A DNA stretch of 29,683 bases, from contig JAIBDK010000001.1 in assembly GCA_024679435.1 (NCBI GenBank), forward strand, positions 1 through 29,683, read 5' to 3'. Positions 1 to 9,143 of the stretch are shown here, piece after piece. A program made the position numbers and the translations under genes. The notes under the pieces are model-generated. The model made no database searches and was not told the origin of the DNA. It saw nothing but the letters and a program-made list of their open reading frames with translations. Every line of letters starts with the position of its first letter. Within the stretch, counting starts at the first letter, position 1. Origin of the DNA: Gammaproteobacteria bacterium (GTDB lineage: Bacteria; Pseudomonadota; Gammaproteobacteria; Arenicellales; Poriferihabitantaceae).

Positions 1-1
1 A

Positions 2-88
2 ATGGCCAAAACACTTAACCAAACCCGATTGGAACTGCTGAACGCACAGTCAATTCAACCTGAGCCATTTCCTGACCTCAACCCGTAA
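2..88 (+). CDS. Probable 3' end of an upstream gene truncated by the window edge (…AKTLNQTRLELLNAQSIQPEPFPDLNP*)
   Basis: Frame open from position 2 to TAA at 86-88, ending 42 nt before the next start; no recognisable domain. Confidence 0.35.
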   Translation: MAKTLNQTRLELLNAQSIQPEPFPDLNP

Positions 89-130
89 ACCAGATCATAG
101 ATAATGTAATATCTTCAAAGGAGCCAAAAA

Positions 131-1858
131 ATGAACAAGAGCCGCACATCCGCTATTTTTAGACGTATGCTGAGTATATTTATTACTGGCGTGACTTTTC
201 TGGGCATGGGGTATGCGGTTCCTGTTAGTGCTCAGGACAAGCCTAAACTCGTTTTACAGATCACCGTGGATCAGTTGCGGGGTGATTTGCCAACCAGATT
301 TTATGACAGGTTGGGTGAGGGAGGCTTTAAATACCTCTGGGAACAGGGGCTTGTGTATGAAAATGCACATCATGCCCACGCGAATACGGAAACCATCGTA
401 GGGCATGTAACTCTCGCCACGGGTACCTATCCTTCTATACATGGAATGACCGGCAATATCTGGTTTGATCGTGAGACCGGCTTCACCACTTATAATATTG
501 AGGATCCAGACTATAATTTACTGACTGAAGGTGCTGATGTAGACGCGAGTTCAGAGATTGACCCAACTCAAAGAGCGGCTCGCAGTGAAGGCAGGTCGCC
601 GGCGTCTATATTGACAACCACTTTTGCTGATGAGCTTCGGAGTTCAAATGGAGGGCAGTCCAAAGTATTCGGCGTATCAATAAAAGATCGGGGGGCGATA
701 TCGCTTGCGGGCCATGCCGGAAAGGCGTTTTGGTTTTCCAAAGCAACCAGCCAGTTTGTTACCAGCAACTATTATTATGATGCTTATCCGCAATGGGTTG
801 TTGATTTCAACAGTCGGGAATTACCTCAACGCTATGCCGATACCAGTTGGGCTTTGTCCCAGGATCCTTCAACCTACTATTTCTATGATACCGATGATCG
901 GCCCTGGGAAGTGGACCTGGGTGGTTTTGGTCGAACCTTTCCCCATCAATATGGAGCGGGGGAGGGGAAATACTACACGACGATGCTGACTGCCAGCCCG
1001 GCTGGAGACGAGCTAACACTGGACTTCGCCAAAGCCGTCGTAAATGCAGAACAACTGGGGCAGGATGACGTAACGGATTACCTGAGTGTCTCCTTTTCAT
1101 CGACCGACTACGTCGGCCATCTGTTTGGCGCATCCAGTCTGGAGGCTGAGGACAATATTCTGCGCCTGGATAAAACGCTAGCGGAACTTTTTCATTTTAT
1201 TGACGAAAAAGTAGGAGTCGATAATACCCTGATCGTTTTGTCTGCCGATCACGGGGGCCCTGATTCGCCGGGCTATCTTAATTCCCTGAATATTCCTGCT
1301 GCCTATGTGGACCCGGGTTCCTGGGAAACCGATGCGGCAATTCAGCGAATCAAGAGTGAATTTGGAATCAGTGGGAAAATTATGGAAACCTATAATCACC
1401 CCTATGTGTTTTTCAGTGAGGAAGTTATTAAAAATGATTCCATTGATTTCGAGGCTCTGGAACAGGCCGTTGCCCGGGAATTATCGGTGTTTCCGGGAAT
1501 ATCCATAGCCATAGGGAGCACGTTGCTGCGTCGGGGTAACGTACCAGACACTGATCTGCACGATGCCGTATTGAAGAACTTTCACCCGAAGCGGTCTGGC
1601 GATATTTATGTTGTATTTGAGCCGAATATGTTCATCAATGATTTTGATGGACTTACGGTTGCTTCAACCCATGGGTCGCCCTGGCCTTACGATACCTGGG
1701 TCCCCGTGGTTTTTGCGGGTGCCGGCATTGCGTCTGATCGGGTGATGAGAAAAATTTATACTACAGATGTCGCTCGCACGTTATCTGCGTATATGGGTGT
1801 TAAGCCACCATCTGGGTCTGTTGGTGAGGTGCTTGAGGAGGTGTTTCAGGATGATTAA
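131..1858 (+). CDS. Alkaline phosphatase superfamily protein, PafA/nucleotide pyrophosphatase-like, secreted
   Basis: Signal peptide; metal-ligand and catalytic motifs VDQLRGD, HAHANTETIVGH (Thr nucleophile position), DYVGH, SADHG, THGSPWPYD; SD AAGGAG at 118-123. Confidence 0.88.
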   Translation: MNKSRTSAIFRRMLSIFITGVTFLGMGYAVPVSAQDKPKLVLQITVDQLRGDLPTRFYDRLGEGGFKYLWEQGLVYENAHHAHANTETIVGHVTLATGTYPSIHGMTGNIWFDRETGFTTYNIEDPDYNLLTEGADVDASSEIDPTQRAARSEGRSPASILTTTFADELRSSNGGQSKVFGVSIKDRGAISLAGHAGKAFWFSKATSQFVTSNYYYDAYPQWVVDFNSRELPQRYADTSWALSQDPSTYYFYDTDDRPWEVDLGGFGRTFPHQYGAGEGKYYTTMLTASPAGDELTLDFAKAVVNAEQLGQDDVTDYLSVSFSSTDYVGHLFGASSLEAEDNILRLDKTLAELFHFIDEKVGVDNTLIVLSADHGGPDSPGYLNSLNIPAAYVDPGSWETDAAIQRIKSEFGISGKIMETYNHPYVFFSEEVIKNDSIDFEALEQAVARELSVFPGISIAIGSTLLRRGNVPDTDLHDAVLKNFHPKRSGDIYVVFEPNMFINDFDGLTVASTHGSPWPYDTWVPVVFAGAGIASDRVMRKIYTTDVARTLSAYMGVKPPSGSVGEVLEEVFQDD

Positions 1859-1863
1859 AACGG

Positions 1864-1896
1864 TGCACTGCCCGAGCAATCTGTTCGGGCAGTGCA
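1864..1896. terminator. Hairpin, likely a bidirectional terminator between convergent genes
   Basis: Perfect 12-bp inverted repeat TGCACTGCCCGA (1864-1875) / TCGGGCAGTGCA (1885-1896) with 9-nt loop, between stops at 1858 (+) and 1927 (-). Confidence 0.75.
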
Positions 1897-1926
1897 GATA
1901 CTGATTTTTAAAGTTGTATTCGATTT

Positions 1927-2337
1927 TTACTCAACCGATAGGTTGGTGGCATCGATTGCTGAAGAGCAACGTGGCGTGAGGCTTGCCTTGTTGTCAAGTA
2001 AACACTGAGCCAGACGTCCTTCGCCTGCCTGAACGTCTGCGCATTGTGCCTGAACGTCGTCGGCACATTCATGAACCAGATAGGAAAGCGCGCTGACAAA
2101 TCTTTCTAGCTGAGCGGATGCGTCATATAGTGCATATTCGCATTGGCCGGACAACTTGTCGCCATGAGCATAAAGACATGCGAGTCCACGTCCCTCCCCT
2201 GGTGTTACCTGAGCACAGTACTGGGTAAGTTCTGCTTCACAGCCGGTGACAACAGTTTTAACAAGATCGTCTGCCTGGATTGAAAACGTGGTTCCCAGAA
2301 TCAGAGTGCTTAAAATAGCAGTTACAAAGTTTTTCAT
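1927..2337 (-). CDS. Secreted protein with two cysteine-rich repeats (GLG1/Cys-rich repeat-like)
   Basis: Signal peptide, then two copies of C-x7-C-x2-V-x2-GEGR-x3-CL-x7-L-x3-C. Confidence 0.75.
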   Translation of the reverse strand: MKNFVTAILSTLILGTTFSIQADDLVKTVVTGCEAELTQYCAQVTPGEGRGLACLYAHGDKLSGQCEYALYDASAQLERFVSALSYLVHECADDVQAQCADVQAGEGRLAQCLLDNKASLTPRCSSAIDATNLSVE

Positions 2338-2533
2338 GAATAATCTCTAAAATTGATATAAAGGTTCAGGTCAATGCAAATTGCAAGACCTGACGAGTTT
2401 GAACCACTGATTTTGCTCGAAAATTTGTCTGTTACAAACCCAGTCGGATTGCTTGGTTCAACAGCAGGTTTTTAACATATCTGGACATAATAATCGCTTA
2501 ATTTCCGATTAATCTTACTTATTTATTCGTCTT

Positions 2534-2815
2534 TCACGGGTCGTCTGAAGGCCATTCTGAAAAGGGGAACGGTTTTTCGTTTTGATTGAAAGTGACAAAC
2601 TGAAGAATCTGAAAAATGTATCTGTTTATGCTTTTGCTCAGAGTGCTCAGATTGGAATTGGTTTCACAGGTTACAAGTTTAAATCCGAACTGGACTATTA
2701 CAAGAGTTGTCAAAACGAGTTTTGTAACGCTATAAATTGCAGCAAAAAGGATTACAAATAAAAGTCGGATTGCAGTTTCCCTGCGCGATGCGTTGTCGAT
2801 TGTGCTTATGCTCAT
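2534..2815 (-). CDS. DUF4389-like small membrane protein
   Basis: Hydrophobic hairpin followed by QF…N..L…YI.QI..F.TFN..EKPFPFSEWP, typical of DUF4389. Confidence 0.75.
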   Translation of the reverse strand: MSISTIDNASRRETAIRLLFVILFAAIYSVTKLVLTTLVIVQFGFKLVTCETNSNLSTLSKSINRYIFQILQFVTFNQNEKPFPFSEWPSDDP

Positions 2816-2994
2816 ATGGAAGGGTGTTTCTTAAGTTTAATATGTAAAGAATATGGGGGCGACAATATGCAAAATAAACCGAAAATGCGTGTTCGAACTC
2901 GCTTTTCCAGTTCTGCCTCCGCAAAATAAGTGCCGGACTTGAATTGATCTCATGAGGAAATGTGAAGGATCCTGGGCTTTGAGTTCGGCGCTGG

Positions 2995-4128
2995 CTAAAG
3001 TAACAACTTTTCCAGAATTTTCTCATAGACTTGAGATAGCAGATTTAGATCTTGCGTGGAGATCTGTTCGTTGATCTGATGAATGGTTGCGTTAACAGGG
3101 CCAAGCTCAACTACCTGGGTTCCAGTGGGAGCGATAAATCTTCCGTCAGAGGTTCCACCGCTGGTGGATAGCTTTGGTGATACACCGGCAACCTCAAGAA
3201 TAGAACCTTCCACGGCTTTGACCAGGTCTCCGGTTTTGGTTTCGTAGGGCAGGCCCGGGTCGCCCCAGTCAATCTCAAATTCCAGGCGTTTGTTGTTCAA
3301 AATTGCTTCCACTTCTGAAATAAGGTTCGCGGCGGTGGTTTCCGGCGAATAGCGAAAATTGAATTTGATATCTACATGACCCGGAATGACATTAGTTGCG
3401 CCGGTCCCGCCATTGATGTTGGAAATCTGGAAACTGGTAGGCTGGAAATTTTCATTACCCTGATCCCATTGTTTGATTGTCAGGGCGTTGAGTGCGGGTA
3501 GTGCGATATGCAAAGGGTTGTTTGCCAAATGGGGATAGGCAATATGGCCCTGTTTACCTGTGATCTTAAGCGTGCCGTTGAGCGATCCCCTGCGACCAAT
3601 TTTTGCCATGTCGCCCAATATCTCAACACTGGTCGGTTCACCGACGATGCACATGTCGATTTTTTGATCGCGTTTCGCCAGTTCCGCCATAACTTCGCGG
3701 GTTCCCCAGCGCGCGATACCTTCTTCATCGCTGGTTATCAGCAGACCGATAGAGCCGCGGTGTTGCGGATGCATTCCAACAAAACGCTCGCAAGCCGTCA
3801 CAAAACAAGCGATGCTACCCTTCATGTCCGCAGCGCCTCGGCCGTGGAGCATGCCATCGTGAATTTCACCGTCAAATGGCGCGTACCGCCATTGTTCAAG
3901 GGGCCCGGTGGGAACGACGTCGGTATGCCCCGCGAACACCAGAATTGGCGCTTTGTCCCCCCGGGTCGCCCATAAATTGGAAACTTCTGCAAAATCCATG
4001 TGTTCACAACTAAATCCGATAGCATTAAGTCGAGAAGTCAACATTGCCTGACAGCCGTTGTCATTAGGTGTCACAGAATCCTGTCGGATCAGGTCCCGGG
4101 CGAGGGCAACGGTTGGGGATAGCGGCAT
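2995..4128 (-). CDS. dapE: Succinyl-diaminopimelate desuccinylase
   Basis: M20 motifs FAGHTDVVPTG, GRGAADMKG, SDEEG, VGEPT, GRRGSL, GHIAYPH, GGTSDGRFIA, TIHQINE. Confidence 0.96.
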   Translation of the reverse strand: MPLSPTVALARDLIRQDSVTPNDNGCQAMLTSRLNAIGFSCEHMDFAEVSNLWATRGDKAPILVFAGHTDVVPTGPLEQWRYAPFDGEIHDGMLHGRGAADMKGSIACFVTACERFVGMHPQHRGSIGLLITSDEEGIARWGTREVMAELAKRDQKIDMCIVGEPTSVEILGDMAKIGRRGSLNGTLKITGKQGHIAYPHLANNPLHIALPALNALTIKQWDQGNENFQPTSFQISNINGGTGATNVIPGHVDIKFNFRYSPETTAANLISEVEAILNNKRLEFEIDWGDPGLPYETKTGDLVKAVEGSILEVAGVSPKLSTSGGTSDGRFIAPTGTQVVELGPVNATIHQINEQISTQDLNLLSQVYEKILEKLLL

Positions 4129-4206
4129 TTGGTGTTTTTGTCGTATGATTATAAGGAGGCTATTTTAACTACAAAACAAAACCTAAAACTATGAGAAAAT
4201 GCGGGC

Positions 4207-4968
4207 ATGCATAAATGGTTTAAAACCGCGTTGGGTCAATCTATTGTTGATGCCGAGGTGGCGAAATGTGATCAGTTGATACCAACAGGTTATTATGCGA
4301 ACGGCCTGCAGGTTGGTTTGCCTGACTGGGACTTTCTCGATAGCAGTGGTGTGGTGACTCGATACCTGACAGATTTCAATCTGGATGCCAAGAGTCGTCC
4401 AAAAAGCGGTCATTTTGTGGTGTCGCACAGTGATGCGCTGCCGTTTCCAGAGCGATCTCAGGATCTAATAGTACTTCCGCATACTCTGGATTTCTGCGAC
4501 CGTCCTCATGATGTGCTTAGACAAGTAGATCAGATACTCGAGCCGGAAGGATGTCTTGCTATAGTGGGATTTAATGCGGTGAGTTTATACGGCGCTCTCA
4601 AGCTATTCAGAAACAGGCACAATCCACCCTGGTCAGGTCATTATTACTCGGTTCGCCGAGTGCAGGACTGGCTATCTCTTCTTAACTATGATCTGGTTGG
4701 CGCCGGAATGATGGCTTATCAGCCACCTATCCAGTCAAAGAAGTGGCGACAGCGGATATCTTTCATGGAAAATGCTGGAGATCGTTGGTGGCCCGGCCTT
4801 GGGGGAGTTTATGTGATTGCGGGAAGAAAGCGTGTAACAGCGATGACTCCAAGACCAAAAAAATCCAGGAGTTGGCAACGTTTAATCCACGGGATGTCTC
4901 AGCCAGCCTCCCAGCGAGCAGCCAGAATGGGTATTAAACTGGTTTCTAAAAGTCAGACCGACTATTAG
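4207..4968 (+). CDS. YafS-like class I SAM-dependent methyltransferase
   Basis: ALPFPERSQDLIVLPHTLDF..PH.VLR.VD.IL.PEG.L.IVGFN motif; conserved position upstream of rnhA. Confidence 0.82.
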   Translation: MHKWFKTALGQSIVDAEVAKCDQLIPTGYYANGLQVGLPDWDFLDSSGVVTRYLTDFNLDAKSRPKSGHFVVSHSDALPFPERSQDLIVLPHTLDFCDRPHDVLRQVDQILEPEGCLAIVGFNAVSLYGALKLFRNRHNPPWSGHYYSVRRVQDWLSLLNYDLVGAGMMAYQPPIQSKKWRQRISFMENAGDRWWPGLGGVYVIAGRKRVTAMTPRPKKSRSWQRLIHGMSQPASQRAARMGIKLVSKSQTDY

Positions 4969-4984
4969 TATCGACATTAATTAA

Positions 4985-5434
4985 GTGAATAGAATAACGA
5001 TTTACACCGACGGTGCGTGCCGCGGTAATCCTGGCCCCGGCGGCTGGGGAGTCATACTGCGCCATAAAAGTACTGAAAAGGAAGTATATGGTGGCGAAAA
5101 AGATACCACTAATAATCGAATGGAACTTGTTGCTACCATTGAGGCGTTGAAGATGCTGAAAACGCGATGCGATGTTGATTTGTATACAGACTCAACCTAC
5201 GTAAAAAATGGAATCCAGCAATGGCTCGCGAACTGGAAAAAAAATAACTGGAGAACTGCTTCAAGGAAGCCGGTGAAAAATCAGGATTTATGGGAAGCGC
5301 TTGATCAACAAAGTCAACGTCATAATGTAAGCTGGCACTGGGTTAAGGGTCATGCTGGCGATCCCGGCAACGAAAGAGCCGATGAACTCGCCAATTTAGG
5401 TATTGATAATCTGGTTTGGCTGGATGAGTTTTAA
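4985..5434 (+). CDS. rnhA: Ribonuclease HI
   Basis: [46 protein letters not shown]; GTG start. Confidence 0.97.
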   Translation: MNRITIYTDGACRGNPGPGGWGVILRHKSTEKEVYGGEKDTTNNRMELVATIEALKMLKTRCDVDLYTDSTYVKNGIQQWLANWKKNNWRTASRKPVKNQDLWEALDQQSQRHNVSWHWVKGHAGDPGNERADELANLGIDNLVWLDEF

Positions 5435-5459
5435 CCTTAAGAAATCGCGAGATTAGACA

Positions 5460-6170
5460 ATGCGACAAATTGTTCTGGATACAGAAACCACCGGTCTTGA
5501 GCCCAGTTTGGGGCACCGGGTTATTGAAATCGGTGCTGTGGAGGTGGTTAACAGACGCTTAACCGGAAATAACTTTCATCAATATATCAATCCTCAAAGA
5601 GAAATCGATGAGGCGGCAATTGAAGTTCATGGTATTACCCTGGAGTCGTTGCAGGATAAGCCGCTTTTTGATGATATTGCGCTTCAACTACTCGAATTCC
5701 TCAAGGGTGCTGAACTGATCATTCATAATGCCAAATTTGATGTTGGGTTCTTGAACCATGAATTTTATGAGGCCGGATACAATGAAAAAGTTATTGATGA
5801 CAATTGCACCGTCCTTGATACTCTGGTAATGGCACGGCATAAGCATCCTGGTCAGAAAAACAGTCTGGATGCGCTTTGTAAACGTTATTTTGTAGATAAT
5901 ACTCAACGTACATTGCACGGCGCACTTCTTGATGCCGAAATTCTTGCCGATGTTTATTTGCAAATGACTGGCGGCCAGATTTCACTCCTGGGTGAATCGG
6001 AAGATATAATTAATCAGGGGGGCGAACCGGAAAGGTTATTACTTGATACCGCAGACACGAGCAATATAAAGGTTATTCGTGCCAGCGATGGCGAAAAGGA
6101 GCAACATAGGAAGTGGTTGGAATTGTTGCGTAAAGAGTCGAAGTCGGAAGTGGTCTGGGACAAAATTTAG
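5460..6170 (+). CDS. dnaQ: DNA polymerase III epsilon subunit
   Basis: DEDDh motifs VLDTETTG, IIHNAKFD, NSLDALC, HGALLDAEILADVY..MTGGQ. Confidence 0.97.
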   Translation: MRQIVLDTETTGLEPSLGHRVIEIGAVEVVNRRLTGNNFHQYINPQREIDEAAIEVHGITLESLQDKPLFDDIALQLLEFLKGAELIIHNAKFDVGFLNHEFYEAGYNEKVIDDNCTVLDTLVMARHKHPGQKNSLDALCKRYFVDNTQRTLHGALLDAEILADVYLQMTGGQISLLGESEDIINQGGEPERLLLDTADTSNIKVIRASDGEKEQHRKWLELLRKESKSEVVWDKI

Positions 6171-6277
6171 TCTTTTCCGAACTCCGGAATCAGGTAGTTA
6201 TCTTTTTAAAAACGGCTCGGTTGTTATCAGAACCTTACCGAATAAAGTGAGAGTATCAGTCTGGGACAAACTTTAAA

Positions 6278-6577
6278 TTAAGGCAACACTTTTTTATAGG
6301 GTTTTACCTCGACCGTTTCATAAACACCCGCAGCCACGTAAGGATCGGCGTCGGCCCAGGATTTTGCCTCTTCCAGACTTTGAAATTCGGCAATGATAAG
6401 ACTGCCACTAAAACCCGCAGCACCTGGATCTTCGCTGTCAATTGAAGGGTTCGGACCTGCAACCAGTAATCGCCCCTGTTCTACCAGGGCTTTAAGTCGT
6501 TCAACATGGGCTGGGCGGGTACTGAGACGGGCTTCCAGAGTATCTTCGGCGTCCTGAGCGTAAATGGTATAGTACAT
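6278..6577 (-). CDS. yciI: YciI family protein
   Basis: RPAH..RL..L…[37 protein letters not shown]. Confidence 0.93.
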   Translation of the reverse strand: MYYTIYAQDAEDTLEARLSTRPAHVERLKALVEQGRLLVAGPNPSIDSEDPGAAGFSGSLIIAEFQSLEEAKSWADADPYVAAGVYETVEVKPYKKVLP

Positions 6578-6609
6578 TAGTTGTTTTCCTGTTTTCGGCA
6601 GAGGGGTAT

Positions 6610-7173
6610 TTACGGGTCTTCCTTTAGTTCTATGTGCTTGGATAAATAGAACATCTGCAGGATAGCAAATGCCATGGTCAATCCAAACATCCAGAAAACC
6701 TTGAAATTGACCCAGGTTTCGGTTCGAATTTCCGGAGCGGCTTCCGGTTGATAGTAAAAAGCGATATACAGATTGAGCCCCCCTAAAACCAGAAAAAACA
6801 GGGCCCAGGCCCAGTTCAGGGTTCTCCAGACGGGATTCGGCAGGGCAATTTGTTTTCCCATTACAAACTCCAGAGCAGAGCTTTTAGCAAACAACAGCAT
6901 TCCTATTATGACCCCCGAAAATAACCAGTTGACGATGGTGGGCTTCCATTTGATAAACACATCATCCTTAAGAAGGATGGTAAGCCCACCAAAAACAGAA
7001 ATTATTACCAGTGTCAGGATATGGGTGGTCTCAAATCGTCGATTCTTGGCCCAGAATATTCCGACCTGAATAAAAGTTGCGATAATCGCCGCCGCAGTCG
7101 CGGTAAAAATGTCGTAAAATTTGAAGGCGCCGAAAAATACGATCAGCGGGAACATGTCAAACAGCAGTTTCAT
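6610..7173 (-). CDS. yciB: Inner membrane-spanning protein YciB (intracellular septation protein A)
   Basis: [43 protein letters not shown]; next to yciI. Confidence 0.94.
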   Translation of the reverse strand: MKLLFDMFPLIVFFGAFKFYDIFTATAAAIIATFIQVGIFWAKNRRFETTHILTLVIISVFGGLTILLKDDVFIKWKPTIVNWLFSGVIIGMLLFAKSSALEFVMGKQIALPNPVWRTLNWAWALFFLVLGGLNLYIAFYYQPEAAPEIRTETWVNFKVFWMFGLTMAFAILQMFYLSKHIELKEDP

Positions 7174-7277
7174 TGCAATGGTCTTCCAGGGCTAGGTTTG
7201 CGGTGTTAAGCGAAGGATGCGAGTATACGAACTAGATCACAGACAGGCAAATAGATGTCTGCAAGAGGAAAGGTAAA

Positions 7278-7913
7278 ATAGACAAGAAAAAATACATAGT
7301 CGTAGAAGGACCCATCGGTGTTGGAAAGACAACCCTGGCAAGGCGGATTGCGGCCTCGTACGGAGGTTCATTGTTACTTGAGCAGCCAGCGGAAAATCCG
7401 TTTCTGGAACGATTTTATAAATCTCCCGAGCAGTTTGCCTTACAAACACAATTGTTTTTTCTCTTTCAACGTGTCAAGCAGCTTAAGGAGCTTCGTCAGG
7501 GAGACCTGTTTACGCCTATCAGGATATCGGATTTTATGCTCGAAAAGGATCCGTTGTTTGCCCGACTGACTCTGGATGATGACGAGCTTCATCTTTATGA
7601 GCAGATATACCAGCATCTGGCAACCGAAGTGCCTGCGCCGGATTTGGTAATTTACCTTCAGGCTCCCACAGAGGTTTTGGTCAGCAGAATTCGCAAGCGC
7701 GGAGTGCTGTTTGAGAGAAATATGGAAAGAATCTATCTTGAGCAGTTGTCAGATGCTTACACCCGTTATTTTCTTGGTTATAACGAATCGCCCCTGTTGA
7801 TGGTAAACGCCGAGAATCTCAATTTTCTGGATAACGATGAACATTTCTCGCTCCTGCTTGAAGAGGTTGATCGAATCTCTTCAGGTCGTCACTATTTCAA
7901 TCCGGTTTTCTAG
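7278..7913 (+). CDS. Deoxynucleoside kinase (dGK/dAK family); true start uncertain
   Basis: The frame is open upstream of the tracked TTG (7371) and encodes IDKKKYIVVEGPIGVGKTTLARR (P-loop). Downstream: E..ENPFL..FY, FALQTQLFFLFQR, PDLVIYLQAP, RIRKRG..FE. No ATG/GTG/TTG in frame between TAG 7233-7235 and 7371; ATA at 7278 used as provisional start. Confidence 0.88.
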   Translation: MDKKKYIVVEGPIGVGKTTLARRIAASYGGSLLLEQPAENPFLERFYKSPEQFALQTQLFFLFQRVKQLKELRQGDLFTPIRISDFMLEKDPLFARLTLDDDELHLYEQIYQHLATEVPAPDLVIYLQAPTEVLVSRIRKRGVLFERNMERIYLEQLSDAYTRYFLGYNESPLLMVNAENLNFLDNDEHFSLLLEEVDRISSGRHYFNPVF

Positions 7914-7927
7914 GAAACTTCAAGCGT

Positions 7928-8320
7928 ATGTCGACAGACCCTCAACCTGAACGATTACCCTCATTACGCACCATTGCCATGCCGGCGGATGCCAATCCTA
8001 GTGGGGATATTTTTGGTGGATGGATTATGTCGCAGATGGATTTAGCCGGAGCCATATATGCAAGCTATGCGGTAAAAGGTCGGTTGGTTACTGTTGCCGT
8101 TGAATCCATGACGTTTCACAAACCGGTGTTAATTGGAGATCAGGTAAGTTGCTACTGCCGGACAACACGGATAGGGCGAACCTCTATTTCTATTCATATT
8201 GAAACCTGGGTGCGGAGAAAACATTCTAACGAAGAGAATTCAAAAGTTACCGAAGCCACTTATACCTATGTATCAATAAATGAGAGCCGGCATCCAATAC
8301 CTATTGAGCTGATAAAGTGA
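7928..8320 (+). CDS. yciA: Acyl-CoA thioesterase, YciA/hotdog family
   Basis: LRTIAMPADANPSGDIFGGWIMSQMDLAG, VTVAV..MTF.KPV.IGD, GRTSI. Confidence 0.88.
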   Translation: MSTDPQPERLPSLRTIAMPADANPSGDIFGGWIMSQMDLAGAIYASYAVKGRLVTVAVESMTFHKPVLIGDQVSCYCRTTRIGRTSISIHIETWVRRKHSNEENSKVTEATYTYVSINESRHPIPIELIK

Positions 8321-8339
8321 CGTTAAGTATCTATTTAAT

Positions 8340-9143
8340 ATGATTTCCATAAAGATTTTTGACAATATTCCATTTGTCTGGGTTTTAGTATGTTTGCAGC
8401 TTTTGGTTTTGATGTCAGCAGAATTTGGTTTTGTTCTCGGTCGAAGAACTCGAACTCGAATTTTGGATTCCGAAAGCATTCGTATTGGACCTAGCGTTAC
8501 CGCAACGCTGGCTCTGCTGGGCTTTATGTTAGCGTTCACATTCAGTTCCGTCGTTGGAAATATGGCTGAACGGAGGCAGTTGGTTCTTGAGGAAGCCAAC
8601 GTGATTGGAACGGCCTATTTGCGTGCTGATCTCCTTAACGCACAGGACCGAGAACAGATAAAAAAGCGGCTTTATGACTATCTGTCCCTTAGAGTCGAAC
8701 TTGTTCAAAACTACGAGGATGCCAGCATACCAGAGATAATTTTGGAATTAGAAAATATTCAACATGAGCTTTGGCAGGTTTCGGTCGAAAGTGCACGCAA
8801 GAATCCAACGCCGGTAGAGTCACTTTTTCTTCAATCACTTAATGAAGTAATTGACTTACACCAGATGCGTATTGCAGCAGTTTTTTATCACAGAATGCCA
8901 ACAATTTTGTGGGTTAGTCTTTTAGGGCTTGCGATATTAGCCATGGTGATTGGTGGATATGATGCAGGCTTGATTGGAGGCAAAAGATCGGCAATCGCGA
9001 CGTTGACTTTTTCACTGGCATTTTCCCTGATTCTTAGTCTCATTGTTGCTTTGGACAGACCCGGAAGTTTAATTTCAATGGTTACACAAAATGCGCTGAT
9101 TGATACTCAGTTACAAATCGAACGGAGTCTTAAACAACCGTAA
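8340..9143 (+). CDS. DUF4239 / bestrophin-like membrane protein
   Basis: LLGFMLAFTFS…RR.LVLEEANVIGTAYLRADLL, LNEVIDLH..R, C-terminal LI..LDRP; several TM segments. Confidence 0.7.
   Translation: MISIKIFDNIPFVWVLVCLQLLVLMSAEFGFVLGRRTRTRILDSESIRIGPSVTATLALLGFMLAFTFSSVVGNMAERRQLVLEEANVIGTAYLRADLLNAQDREQIKKRLYDYLSLRVELVQNYEDASIPEIILELENIQHELWQVSVESARKNPTPVESLFLQSLNEVIDLHQMRIAAVFYHRMPTILWVSLLGLAILAMVIGGYDAGLIGGKRSAIATLTFSLAFSLILSLIVALDRPGSLISMVTQNALIDTQLQIERSLKQP

Noticed and set aside
95-117. Possible Pho box upstream of the phosphatase (AGATCAT-AGAT-A-ATGTAAT)
   Set aside because: Half-sites are 12 rather than 11 nt apart and the first matches CTGTCAT at only 4 of 7 positions
3508-3975. 155-aa ORF antisense to dapE, and the other short nested or antisense ORFs in the track
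   Set aside because: They lie inside well-supported genes, show no motifs, and are expected shadows of coding sequence
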